Assembly: GCA_964016885.1 (NCBI GenBank)
Contig: OZ024744.1
Coordinates: forward strand, 84,320,001-84,384,000
Origin: Eledone cirrhosa
Lineage: Eukaryota
DNA: 64,000 nt
Reading direction: 5' to 3'
Each line of letters begins with the position of its first letter. The first letter of the stretch is position 1. The notes beneath the pieces were generated by a model. The model saw nothing but the letters and a program-made list of their open reading frames with translations. It did not search any database and was not told where the DNA came from. Below are positions 1-12,092 of the stretch, one piece after another. A program made the translations under genes and the position numbers.

Positions 1-2329
1 CAGGCCAGGATCCTCTGGAAGTTATCCATAGGTTCCGGGCGGAATGTCCTACCAAACAGACTGGTGAGCTCGTCGTCCTCGACGCCCAGAGTCTCTCCGA
101 GCACGTCGTCGCCCTTTTGACGTACTAACCATCTATAGAATGTCGAAGTGGAGTTTCCACTGATTGCTGTGCCCACTTGACAGAGGAGGGTGAGCGCCTG
201 AGCGCATTCAAAAATGCCAGGCGCCCATTGTTTTTCGGTCTGCGCTTACCCAGCGAGACAAGTTGCGGGAAGGCCTGTCTCACAAACGGTGTCAACACCG
301 GTTGGTGGTTGGTGAGGAATACCTGTAGATGCCGTAGCCTCATGCCATGTTTTCGCATCATCAGCCACGGCATTCCCAGCCCTCCATTGGAAGGGTGCTG
401 ACAGCAGACGGATCTCTTCACCAGCGGAGCCTTCTTCTTCCAAAGTAACTGGAAGAGCATGCGTTCCATCTTGGTGAGGTGTTCATGAGGACAAGGCACG
501 ACGGTCAAGCGGTAGTAGATGACGGACGCTATGAAAGTGTTCGCTACCTCCGCTCGACCTTTCAACGATAGTTTGTACTCTGCCCACTTCTGGGTGAGCG
601 CAAATACCTTGGCCGTGACCTTGTTCCAGTTTTTCTCCACCTGGAGGTCTGGACCGAACCAGACCCCGAGCAATTTCACCGGTCCGTCCGTCCAGCGTGC
701 AACGATGCTGTCGGACGTCATCGTTTTGCCTCTCCACGTACTGAGTTGCAAACTGACATACTTTTCCGGGTTTAGTTTTGCTCCCGTCAGCGTTTCGTTT
801 TCTTTCAGTAAGTTGCCGATCACCCCGATTTCCGAGGTGCTCGACACCATTACCGTCACGTTGTCGGCATAAGCCGACGCTGCTTAGCGCAGTCCCGGTT
901 CTATAGGGATGCCCTGCAACAACTCCAATTTCCGCAGTAGTGGCTCTAGAGTCAATACATACAGAATGGAGGAGAGAGGGCACCACTGTCGAATGGAACG
1001 CGTGGTTGCGAACGGCTCCGATAGGTAGCCGTTCACCTTGACCCTCGAACAGATGCTGGTGTGCATCGCCTCGATCCAGCCTCTGGAAACCGGCCGCCTT
1101 GAGTACCGCTTCTAAGTATCGATGGTCGACTCTATCAAATGCCTTAGACATATCCAAATTGATCAGAGCCCCACCGAAGCCGGGTTTACTACCCACTCTC
1201 TCTCTATGATGTATCGCATGAGGTGGAGGTTGTCGTGTATGGCCCTGGTCGGGATTGCACACGTTTGCGCTTTCCCTACCATGTTCTCGACGACAAGCCC
1301 CAACCTTGTTGCTAACACCTTGGCCAAAATCTTTAACTCTGTGTTGAGCAGATCTATGGGCTTGAAGTTGTTAATTTCGTCCCCCTTGCTCTCGTCTTTC
1401 CTGATCAGCGTTACTACGCCCTTGCCTGCAGAACTGGGAAGTCTCCCGTTATACTGCCAATTTCAGTAGACGGCTTCGAGCACGCCAGAGAACAAGTTCG
1501 GCATGCCTATGTAAAACTCATAGGGTAGACCATCTAGACCGGGTGACTTGCGTTTCCCGCAGCGGCCCAGAGCGTCCCGTATCTCAGTGTCCGTGATCGG
1601 TCTTTCGCAGAACTCGGCGTCCGTGTTCGAGAGACGCGGCAGGCCGTCGAGGTATGAACTAAAGTACATTGCCCCGTTCGGTTCACCGCCGTCCTACTCA
1701 AACATTCGCGCAAGGTGCTGCTGAAAGGCCGCGCACATTTGCTTGGGGTCAAGTAGCACGCCTCTGTTTGGGTCTTTCAAAGACCGAATCGTGGACATGT
1801 TGCCACTTTTTTCCTCCGCCACTCGGGCCCAGCTAACAGCTTTCGCTCCTTCGTTTCCTAGAGCATGTGTTTTGCTTCTTACCACGCAGCCTCCGTGTTT
1901 CGCATCGAAGAACTGGTCCAGTGCCGTTCTCGATGGCTACTTTGGCTACTAGTTCTCTTTTTATTTTGTATTTCTCTAAGGCTAACTCTCTGCTAAACCC
2001 TATCGATTCTATTCTAATTGCTTTCTTGAGAGAGTACCACCATTTATTGTTGACGATGGCTCCCGTTAACTGTTGCTTGACTAGTCTACTTATCCGTTCA
2101 CTGTAAGCTTTACGTGCCGGCAACGACACGTTCAGCTTCCAGTATCCGGGTCCCTCTCTATGTGGTCTGCAACGGTTGACTATGCAGACAACTAATTTAT
2201 GCTCTGAATAGGCAACCATGTGCATTCGTGGACAGCTTAACATCTCTTGTCCCTTTCTCTAACGCAGAACCTATCTAAATACGATCTAGATGTCCCACTG
2301 CGGTTTGCCCACGTCTATTGTGGTGCAGT
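1..2329 (-). mobile_element. Decayed L1/Tx1-clade non-LTR retrotransposon ORF2 (end of APE endonuclease, RT, C-terminal region), 5'-truncated and running off the window start
   Basis: Minus-strand frames give collinear motifs SYLDR, YSEHKLV, GPGYWKLNVSL, KSPGLDGLPYEFY, LINLDMSKAFDRVDH, RQWCPLS, AYADNV, KLLGVWF and GGLGMP, split by frameshifts and stops. Confidence 0.9.
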
Positions 2330-3611
2330 CGGAAAGACATTCTGTTTCAACACTATGTTATCGGCAGTCAGAGCTCAGAGGTAGAATGGTCTCCCTGTGG
2401 CCACCAGTAGGATCACTGCCACTTTGCTGAGTGGTGGAAGGACCTTCCACTCATGCTTCAAGGCTCCATTAGCTCCGGATGAGTTGAGTGTCTGTAACAT
2501 GACAGGACAAAGTAAAATCGCGGGACTTATACGCAATACGTCTCTGATTATTTGGGACGAGTCTCCAATGGCACACATATATTTGCTGGAGGCATTGGAC
2601 AGAACTTTGAGAGATATCTGCGGTAGTGACCTGTCATTCGGTGGTAAGACTATCGTTCTTGGTGGTGATTTCAGACAGGTTCTACCAATTGTTAGGAATG
2701 TTCAAAGAGCGCAAATTGTCGATGCATGTCTGAAAAAGTCCCCGTTGTGGCGCCATTTCAGAGTTTTGCGATTACACGATAATATGCGACTTCGTATGTT
2801 CGGGCAAAACGAAGAGGCTGAGACATACGGCCGATGGTTGATGCAGTTGGAAAACGATGAATTGCCACACGTTGGTGATAATTAGACTGTAAGAATCCCA
2901 GACCATTTGGTCATGCCACTGGAACGCCAAGCATTGATTGACTGGGTGTTCCCTAATTTGAATGCTTTTTGGCAGAATATCTCCTGGATATCGGAACGCG
3001 TTATTCTAACTCATACGAATGGAACGGTCGATGAAATAAATTCATAAATAGCCGGAATGTTTCCTGGAGAGAAATGGTTGACCGTCAGTGCGGATGCAGT
3101 GGAGCCTAATCAGCAGAACAATATGGATGTTCCGACTGAGTATCTGAATTCCCTTCAAATAACCGGATTTCCCCCACATATTTTGAGGTTGAAAAGGATT
3201 ATGCCGATTATATTGCTTAGAAATATCAATCATAAATTTGGTCTTTGCAATGTTACCAGATTGATTGTTGAGAGATTGATTAACGGAAGAGTTTTAGAAG
3301 CTAAACACCCAGGCAGAGAGGACTCGGTTCTCATTCCGAGGATGATGCTGAGACCAAGTGAAGATCTTCTGTCATTCATTTGGCAAAGGAGACAGTTTCC
3401 CGTTAATTTGGCCTTCTCCATGTCTGAAAACAAGGCACAGGGACATACTTTCAACCGGGTCGGTGTCTACTTGAATGATCCAGCATTCAGCCATGGGCAA
3501 CTGTATGTTGCTGCATCTCGAGTGTGCGATCCTGATGGTATAACATTTGCAATTGATACCACTAACTGAGGAACAAACCTGAATATTGTCTATAATGAAG
3601 CTTTGAGCTGA
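2330..3611 (+). pseudogene. Helitron PIF1-family helicase domain, disrupted
   Basis: GKT, GGRTFHS, IIWDESPM, LGGDFRQVLP, GLCNVTRL, RRQFPVNLAF, KAQG and FSHGQLYVAASRV, with in-frame stops. Confidence 0.92.
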
Positions 3612-3656
3612 TGTCTGCATATATTTAATGCTATCAATAAGCGACGTAAATTATTC

Positions 3657-3976
3657 GGACATTGGTGTCCTTTGATCAGTATTGTGAGCTTTGACAGAGT
3701 TATCATTTATGTTCAATGTCATTTAATGTCGTTATGAGTAATAAAAACAAACAAGTATTGGTAAAAATTGCTTTGACTGCTATGTTGCGCAATAAATACC
3801 AACAAGTATTGTTAGAAATTGCCTTCACTGCTATGAATATTCGAGGTAAATGATTCCGACATTGGTGTCCTTTCATCAGTATTGTGAGCTTTGACAGAGT
3901 TATCATTTCTGTTCAATGTCATTAATTGTCGATAATGGGCAATAAAAACCAACAAGTATTGGTAGAAATTGCCTTC
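3657..3976 (+). repeat. About 200-bp-period repeat in the Helitron 3' UTR
   Basis: GACATTGGTGTCCTTT.ATCAGTATTGTGAGCTTTGACAGAGTTATCATTT at about 3658 and 3859; two copies also at about 24408/24608, one copy at about 52231. Confidence 0.85.
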
Positions 3977-4656
3977 AAATTTATCGCTTCTGATAGCGGT
4001 GGTAATAAAACCTCATCATATGCTGAGTCTGGCAAAACGTTTGGAGCATATGGCCGGCCGGGCTAGAGTTTTATTGAAAAACGATTCTATTTTCGAAGTA
4101 GAAGCATCCGCCATTTGGAGTTCAAACCAGGTCACCTCCCCGAGTTGAACTCTGGGCAATATTGACTGTCTATTACTCAGTGGCTAAGAGCCTGGAAATT
4201 ACTGAATTTTGTGTCATATAATTTGTTGTTTTATTATTATAGCTGACCACTTATAGATAAACATGTTATCCATATCCATATTAATTTGGCATTTGTATTA
4301 ACCATTCCAAGTAAATAGGGACCTTTTTTACATTGACAGACATCTTTTATATTAATTATCTATATCTATATCTACATATAATATAAAAGATTGGAACTTC
4401 CATGATCCTTTTGAGAAAATGCCTGTATTGGATATGTGTCTGGTTACAGTATGAGGCGAGTCCGAGGTCTCTGTGTCATACAAAAATACAGTACAAAAAA
4501 TCTTCCAGATTTATTAGATTATTCGTTGTACCGTTTGTGCATAGTATATGAACAAGTCTAGGTGCTCCCACCTAGAATAGTGACCTCTAGGAGATGGTTC
4601 ATCTTCTGCCTGACTGTCATTTTCTCTTTTACCTGTCTTCTCTTATCATCTGTTTT

Positions 4657-4794
<138 letters not shown>

Positions 4795-5043
4795 TGTGAC
4801 AATTAAATAATACTAATAATTGTTTGTGTGTATTCAACTAATTTCGCCTTCTTTAAGCTGACTGTCGACTTATTTAGGAAAATTGTATAGGGAGGCAGTT
4901 GGAGGAGAATGTACTGTTATTTCTAGCACACAGATGTCTTTTCGTCCACCATGATATCATATAGAAAAAGGGAACCACAACACTTCACACACTCTCTAAC
5001 TAAAACTTTTCTTTGTTTGTTGTCTGCTGGTCTGACATCTGAA

Positions 5044-5149
<106 letters not shown>

Positions 5150-6236
5150 GAAGTTAATATGCCCACGGGTACTAAGTACCCCTGGAAATATATAGGGTGT
5201 CTATGAAACAGGGTTGTTCAATGGTATTACTTTGACATACCAGAACTATAATATTGAGATAAGCAGAATAAGCAAACTTCAAACAATTTTTTTTTTTTTA
5301 TTTAAAAAATATAATTTAAATATTTACCCACTCCAGTGCTTTTACTGATCAGTTTCACTTCACAAAACATTAGAAATCATGGGATCTCCAATGGAAAAGA
5401 GAAGATCTTCGGAAAGCATTTTACTTTCCTAGGGTAAAAAGTCCTAGGAACGGCAAAATATATTGCCTTCTACTAGCTAGTACAGGATCGAAAGAGGCCG
5501 AATTTTGACCTATACATGAACCAGTCCGTAGCAAAAGCGGAAGTAAACATAGACGTGTTGTCTGTCTCACCACTAAAAATAGCAGCTAAATAGAACAACA
5601 GATTTGTTCTCTACGCGAGGTCGAAGACAAAATATATAAATATACCAACATAGTATTCACCTATTTGACGATGTAAATTGGAGAAATTGGGTCAACCGCA
5701 GCCCTATACACACCCAAGTAAATTCAGTTCAATGTTCTGTTATACGTGTATCGATTGAATTGTAAATAGTGTATGTTTTCGTACATACACATCCGTATCG
5801 TCAAAAAAAGTGTATGTTTTGGTATATACATAGCCATGTGAAGAGCAAGTAGTCAGTTCATATCGTACTCTGTATGTGCCGTTGTCCCCTTGAGAATCTG
5901 AGTCCCCAATCTGTGCGTGCAAGCAACCGCCATGTAGGCCAACAAAGGGCTCTGTATAGGGTAGGGTATTTTAGTTAAGGTGTCAGTATGTGCGTTTTCC
6001 CGTCATATGGGCCCTTGGGCTTTTAAGATAGGTGTTTGAGTGGTGGAGGTGAGTTACCCAACACAGAAATAAAATAAAATAAAATAAAAAAGAATAGCAA
6101 AACCCCGAGGATGTGTGTAAGCCCATTAATGGTGTGTAAGTAATATTGTCCAATCAGTAACCGTGAGCACTCCATGGATAGATGATCACGGATCAAAACC
6201 TAGTGTAGTGTTGAATTGATAGGATCGTGACCAGTC

Positions 6237-6298
<62 letters not shown>

Positions 6299-6307
<9 letters not shown>

Positions 6308-6630
6308 AATGAATAATAACAGGTAGACATCATAAAAAGGTAATTTATTCCGTGTTCTTACAAGTGTTTCCACGGTGGTACTGCAGCCTAGTTATGCTAC
6401 GTGCAAATTCACAAGTACTTGCAGAACTCAAATATCCAATGCTGTGACCACTGTTTACTCAGAACTCTGAGTAAACAGTGGTCACAGCATTGGATATTTG
6501 AGTTCTGCAAGTACTTGTGAATTTGCACGTAGCATAACTAGGCTGCAGTACCACCGTGGAAACACTTGTAAGCACACGGAATAATTTACCTTTTTATGAT
6601 GTCTACCTGTTATTATTCATTCTTTATATA
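6299..6630. repeat. Near-perfect 332-bp palindrome with 2-nt loop, containing mirrored degenerate hammerhead motifs
   Basis: Centre TTTACTCAGA-AC-TCTGAGTAAA at 6464/6465; arms of about 165 bp with few mismatches. Confidence 0.95.
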
Positions 6631-6766
6631 CACTCCGGAATACTGAAGGATCAGGAACTAAGTTTCTTCAACAATTCTTCCATTACTCGTAGAGTAACCT
6701 CTTACCGTACGTCAACCATATCCAGTGTAGTAATTAACCATTACTACATCTTGGATAATCCTATAC

Positions 6767-6809
<43 letters not shown>

Positions 6810-6813
<4 letters not shown>

Positions 6814-7240
6814 TAAAATAACAGATTAAAGCTTAAGCAAAGAATCGCTGCTTTCACCCTTAACGGGATCTTCTGAAACTAACAAAGTCAATCTGTAAAC
6901 GCAGAACTGGATATTTCAAAAAAAGTTGCACCCGGAGGAAGACAGGAAGACGATACTTTGGTTCGTGGTAACGTTCGCTGGCAAAGAACGGGAAAAAACG
7001 AATAATACGTTATTAATAGGAGCGGTGAAAAACAATTACGCGCAAAGACAGAACCACGTTTATGGTATAAAAGAGGTCGTAGACTAATGTTCTCTTAGGT
7101 GGTGCATAGAGACGTTCTCTGGCAATGAACAAAAAAATGAAGATAATAAGTCATATGTGGAGCGTGGAGAACAATAGCACGCAAAGACAAAACCACGTAA
7201 ATGGTATAGCAGAAGTCGTAGACTAAAATTCTAACTAGGA
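6810..7240 (-). repeat. Unclassified dispersed repeat of about 400 bp, an inverted relative of 15660-16045
   Basis: AAGCAAAGAATCGCTGCTTT and GAAGACGATACTTTGGTTCGTGG reverse-complement to sequence at about 16015-16037 and 15902-15923; also at about 54920 and 41210. Confidence 0.75.
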
Positions 7241-7355
7241 GACCAAATGATATATATATATTAATATATCAAAGGTGTATATTGAGTTAGAAACTCAAAA
7301 TAGTCTCTTACAATAAAATAGCTCTAAGAAAGAAATATTTCCGAGCCGTATATTA

Positions 7356-9313
7356 CACTGGTCAACAAAAAAATATTCATTTCATGGTTCTGGTATAATT
7401 TAGTATGATTCTAGAGTAATCAAGTGTGCAGAATCTGAATATGACAACGGTTAAGCTGTATCGGGTCTAGTTTTTGAGAACCAGCATATCCATGTTTATG
7501 ACCCATAGCTATGTGGCTCATATTACTTCATCCAATTGTATCCACTATATTTAGTTGTTAACTAATTTATACTTACTGCTTTTGTTTCAGATCACAGAAT
7601 TGTAACTATCCTCAGCTATTCTTGGATAATTCACAACAACTTTGACTAGTGGGAGAGATGAAACGCCGGAAATGTGTAAATGACCCGGACCGATTTTGCT
7701 ATATTTGTGGACTCTTTACCCCAGAAAGCATAAAGAAACCAATCACAAAAGCAGTTCGGGTAAACTACAAATGCTACTTCAAATGTCCATTAGGAGACCA
7801 GGACAAGAAATGGGTGCCTCATATAGCGTGTAGGTCATGTGTTAATCACCTAAGTGAATGGAAGAATGGGAAACGAAGCTCTGGTTTGCCATTTGCCGTA
7901 CCAATTGTGTGGCGAGAACCAAAAGACCACAATAACGATTGCTACTTCTGCCATATAAACATCCAAGGAATAACTGTGAAGACACGAACTACACTTCAAT
8001 ACCCGATATCTCGTCAGCACTCCTACCAGTACCTCACAGGGACGAATTACCTGTTCCAGTTCCACCTGCTGATTCTGATTCCAGTAGCACCCATATTGAT
8101 GATGCTTATCAAGACGAACATGAGACAAGTGAACCCATACCATTTAACCAGGAAGCTCTTCATGATCTCATTAGAGACCTACATTTGTCTAAAGAAAAGG
8201 CAGAGCTCCTGGGATCAAGACTGAAGCAACGAAACCTGCTGGAACCTGGCGTCCGCATTACAACCGCTCGTCATCGTCATAAACAACTTAATTAGTCTAC
8301 TTCTAGGTCTTCAGACTGGTTACACAAAGCATATGTGTTTTCTATGTTTGTGGAATAGTAGAGCAGATGCGGAGCACTACATGAAGAAGGATTGGCCAAC
8401 AAGACCGAAGGATGCACCCCGTAGATTCAACTGTTTGTACAAATCTCTCGTGGATCCAGAAAAAGTATTCCTCCCTCCATTACATCTCAAATTAGGCTTG
8501 GCCAAAAACTTTATTAAAAGCATGGATCATACGGGTAATGGGTGTCAGTACTTGTGTAAGAAATTGGGTAGAGTGGTATCTGAAGCAAAGTTAAAAGCAG
8601 GGGTTTTGAATGGTCCTCAGATTCGTATGCTGGTTAATGATAGTGAGTTTACGAAATCACTAAACCCTTTGGAGACTTAATGCATGGAAATCATTTGTAG
8701 ATGTGACACAGAACTTTCTTGGAAACCACCGTGCAGACAACTATAAAGAAATTGTTGAAACAATGATACAAAATTATCGCGCTCTGGGTTCACGAATGTC
8801 GTTGAAGCTTCATTTCTTCCATTCTCATCTGGATTTCTTCCCAAGTAATCTAGGAGACATCAGTAATGAACATGCAGAGAGGTTTCACCAGGACATTGCC
8901 ATAATGGAGAGTAGGTATCAGGGTCGGTTCAATCCCACCATGATGGACACTGCAACATGAGGAGAGCCAGCAAAACAAGCGTAAAAGCAAAATCCAGAAA
9001 TTTTTTTAGAAATGTTTTGAAATATTTTATGTTCAGAATGTTGTTCAGAATGTTTTGTTAATATACTAAGTGTTAAAATAAATAAATAAAAATATGTTTA
9101 TATATTTTTATTAATAAGTTAATATGTTTATATCTAAGTCATCATATGTAACACAATGGATAAATAATGCAATAAGAGAAACATATTTTCGATCTCATAT
9201 TAAGCCATTCTGGTCCGATAGCAAAAAATGAATATCAAAACTGAATTTACTGCTGTGAAGTTAGTAAGATGCACATATTCACATGTAAGAACCATTTTGG
9301 CTGTTGACCAGTG
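7356..9313 (+). mobile_element. Chapaev3-like (CMC superfamily) DNA transposon, internally deleted
   Basis: TIRs CACTGGTCAACA...TGTTGACCAGTG, flanks TTA and TAA (TWA), empty site at 27165-27167, transposase remnant inside. Confidence 0.85.
7658..8960 (+). pseudogene. Chapaev3-like transposase pseudogene
   Basis: N-terminal zinc motif CYICG..D..PH..CRSC..WREPKDH..CYFC; C-terminal LPPLHLKLGL, HLDFFP and EHAERFHQDI; frameshifts, and the central part appears missing. Confidence 0.82.
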
Positions 9314-9320
9314 TAATACG

Positions 9321-9533
9321 TGAATATAAAAGAAAAACGAACACAGGTATATAGATATATGTGTTCAAATCGTAAGGGACCAGATACGCTAAGGTGAAAA
9401 GAATACTAACTTAAATTGAGTCAGGCAAACCCTGTTGTCTATAGTTAGTATTCTTTTCACCTTAATGAATCTGGTCCCTTACGATTTGAACACATGTATG
9501 TATATATCTGTGTTCGTTTTTCTTTTATATTCA
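9321..9533. repeat. Inverted repeat with about 90-bp arms and a 31-nt spacer
   Basis: TGAATATAAAAGAAAAACGAACACAG ... CTGTGTTCGTTTTTCTTTTATATTCA. Confidence 0.9.
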
Positions 9534-9564
9534 ATTATAAAATTATATATTAATATATAGATAT

Positions 9565-9687
9565 TTTAATACAGAGGAGCTTCTACAGGACTAGAACTGT
9601 ATCATTCGTGAGAAATCATCAGAAAGCGCCTGATGATTTCCCACGAATGATACAGTTCTAGTCCTGTAGAAGCTCTTCTATATTAAA
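9565..9687. repeat. Inverted repeat with about 58-bp arms and a 7-nt loop; each arm read outward begins CTGATGA
   Basis: ...GAAATCATCAG-AAAGCGC-CTGATGATTTC... Confidence 0.9.
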
Positions 9688-9769
9688 CATTTATACTCTT
9701 CTATGTATTGAGTACCTTACTTATTGTGGTTACCCCCGATTCAACCGGGAATAATTTATATATATGTAG

Positions 9770-10440
9770 AGTCGCCGGCAATCACATTGGACGCCGAGCT
9801 CTGGCCAGATCAGTTTCAACCCTCACCACACTTACAGGCCCTAACGGGTCTTTCCATATCCGCCATTCCGCCATATCCGCCATTCCGCCTGTCCTTCACC
9901 TGCACATACACCCACGTTGTCTATGCCCTCCGGTGTTCCCTTTGCGGGTCTTTATATATCGGACAAACGAGACGCCGTATGGCGGACCGTTTTGCCGAGC
10001 ATTTGAGGGACATACGACTCGGTTTGAATACTCCTGTCGCCCGTCATTTCTGTTCTCTTTGTCATTCTTCCCTACATGTTTCAGTCCTGGGTGTCATTTT
10101 ACAACATGGATCACAGGCCTCGCGCACCAGGACTGAACAATGTCTGATTCACCGCCTTGTGTCCTATTCCCCTCTTTGACTAAAACTCACCTCCCCAATT
10201 TCTCTAATACTCCGTCCATTATCACACCCCTAGATTCCTATCGCTTTCTCTTGATCTTTAGCAGCTTCTCTTACAACTCTAATACATGCCGACTATATAT
10301 GCTCACTCCACTTTTCCCTACACTGTTCTGTATACACACATACACACACTTATATTTACATAGTTTTGCTCATAGCTTCATACTTACATGCACACACACA
10401 CTTTTATTCTCATATACACAATTTTCTTCATAGCTTCGTA
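9770..10440 (+). mobile_element. Penelope-like element remnant (GIY-YIG endonuclease plus 3' region)
   Basis: HVVYALRCSLCGSLYIGQTRRRMADRFAEH; the RT part seen at 27660-28520 is missing here. Confidence 0.85.
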
Positions 10441-10447
10441 CGGACGT

Positions 10448-10506
<59 letters not shown>

Positions 10507-10507
<1 letters not shown>

Positions 10508-12092
10508 ACGAAGGAGTTGTGGTAAGAAACCAGATGGACGATAACGCACCAGAGTACTCAATACGTAGGGTTGTAAAGTGGGTAATAGGAAAATGTATGA
10601 CCTGACGGCAGAGCTCAAACCGTCGAAACGCTCCGCCTTCACCACTGCCAAGGTCCAGAACCACTAGTCGACCCTCCGGGTCCAAATGTACCGTCTGTGT
10701 TGCGAGACCCAGATGTTTTTGTAGCAGAACGACAACCCGGGTTGATGCGTGCATCTCAAAGTCGGCAATGGTGGGGGCCAGCTGTCACACGTTGTTGATC
10801 CGGGCCTCGCAAATAACTATCACATCTATACGTTGTGAGCTGAGGTCATTTAGAAGCATTGCTTGCTTTGAAGTTGAGCCCAGGCCACGCGCATTTAGAC
10901 AATGTTGAGTGTTTTGTCTTGGTTTGAGCTGTGGTTGTTGTTTTTGTAGTGATGGTTGTGGTGATTGTGTTGGTTGTGCAGTTGTTGGTGGTGTAGGAAG
11001 GATTGGGGTTTTCTTTTTAAGTTGAGGAAAGACAGCTCGCAGGTGACCTCTGGCTCCACAGAGGTAACACGAGGGCCGCCTAGCCTCAACGGTAATGTTA
11101 ATAAAAGTTTGATCATCTAGTATGACGAGTTCAGGAATCAGGGCGATCCTTTCGGTCCTCATTTGAACTACAAGTTGGAGGTCCGTTCCACTGAACGCGT
11201 CACCCGATGCCTTTCCCATGGATATTAATGTGTCGTCGTCTAGGTCCAGGAAACCTGTCAATACCCACCATATGTCCGTAATCGGAAGGATGGTGCGAAT
11301 TTTTATTTGTTGGGCCCTTCTACCCATGTATGTAGGGTAGAAGGTGTATGCAGTGGATGCGAGTGGTTTTATTGTCCGTTTCGCTGCCGTGTCCCTGTCC
11401 TTCATGAGAATGGATAGACTCCCGTAGAGTCTATCCTTCTGAATGAATAAGATATCTTTCATGACATCTTTTAAAACCAGATCTATCCCACTCTGTGATG
11501 GTTGAGCTGGTTTTTTGGTTTTGTTTGAGACTGTCCTAAACATGACAGTGTTTTGGCATCTGCCAGTAGCTCCTTATCTTTGCTTATATCTACTGGCAGA
11601 TAGTCGAGGGTTTTCCTTGCAGTCGGGGCAAAGGAGACCTTTTCCTTGTTCGTGTTGCTGTTGTTGGGGTTGTCTTTATTGTTGCTGTCGTTGTTGTTGT
11701 TTTCAGTTTCTTTTATAGTTGTGGCTACATCAAGTTGTCGGTCTGCAGGTGGAGAAAGTTCTTCCCCTGGCTGACCTCTGCCTTTGGCATCTGCAGCTGT
11801 GACAGGGGAAAGCTCTGAGTTTAACTTCCCTTTTCTTCCTTTGAATGTTGGTGAAGATGCTTCAGCCATTTTTATCAAAGTAGGATTTTTGGAAATTTTT
11901 CGAAAGATGAAATGTTTACACCACTATTTCGCCTAAAGCCGTAGAATATTTTGAGAGACTGACCGGATCAAAATTTCACCTGGCAGTCCCTCTACAAAAT
12001 GGTACAAAAATGAAAGTTTACAATTAGGAATTTCTATGGAAATTTAGGCAGAACTTACCCAGCAAGTTTCAGGCGTGTGTCCATCCCAGAGA
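10507..12092 (-). mobile_element. L1/Tx1-like LINE 5' fragment (5' UTR, ORF1 with zinc knuckle, start of APE), internally deleted
   Basis: ORF1 ATG about 11869, CYLCGARGH knuckle, then CLNARGLG..QRIDVIVICE..DPEGRLVVLD typical of an APE N-terminus. Confidence 0.8.

Noticed and set aside
2397-3569. Host PIF1 helicase gene
   Set aside because: Intronless, disrupted, linked to a HUH Rep domain in sister copies and followed by Helitron termini.
3657-3976. CRISPR-like repeat array
   Set aside because: Eukaryotic context, only two long units, no unique spacers and no cas genes.
6840-6885. Hammerhead-like CAGAAGA-TCCC..GGGT-GAAA on the minus strand
   Set aside because: The core is CAGA in all copies and there is no convincing stem I or III.
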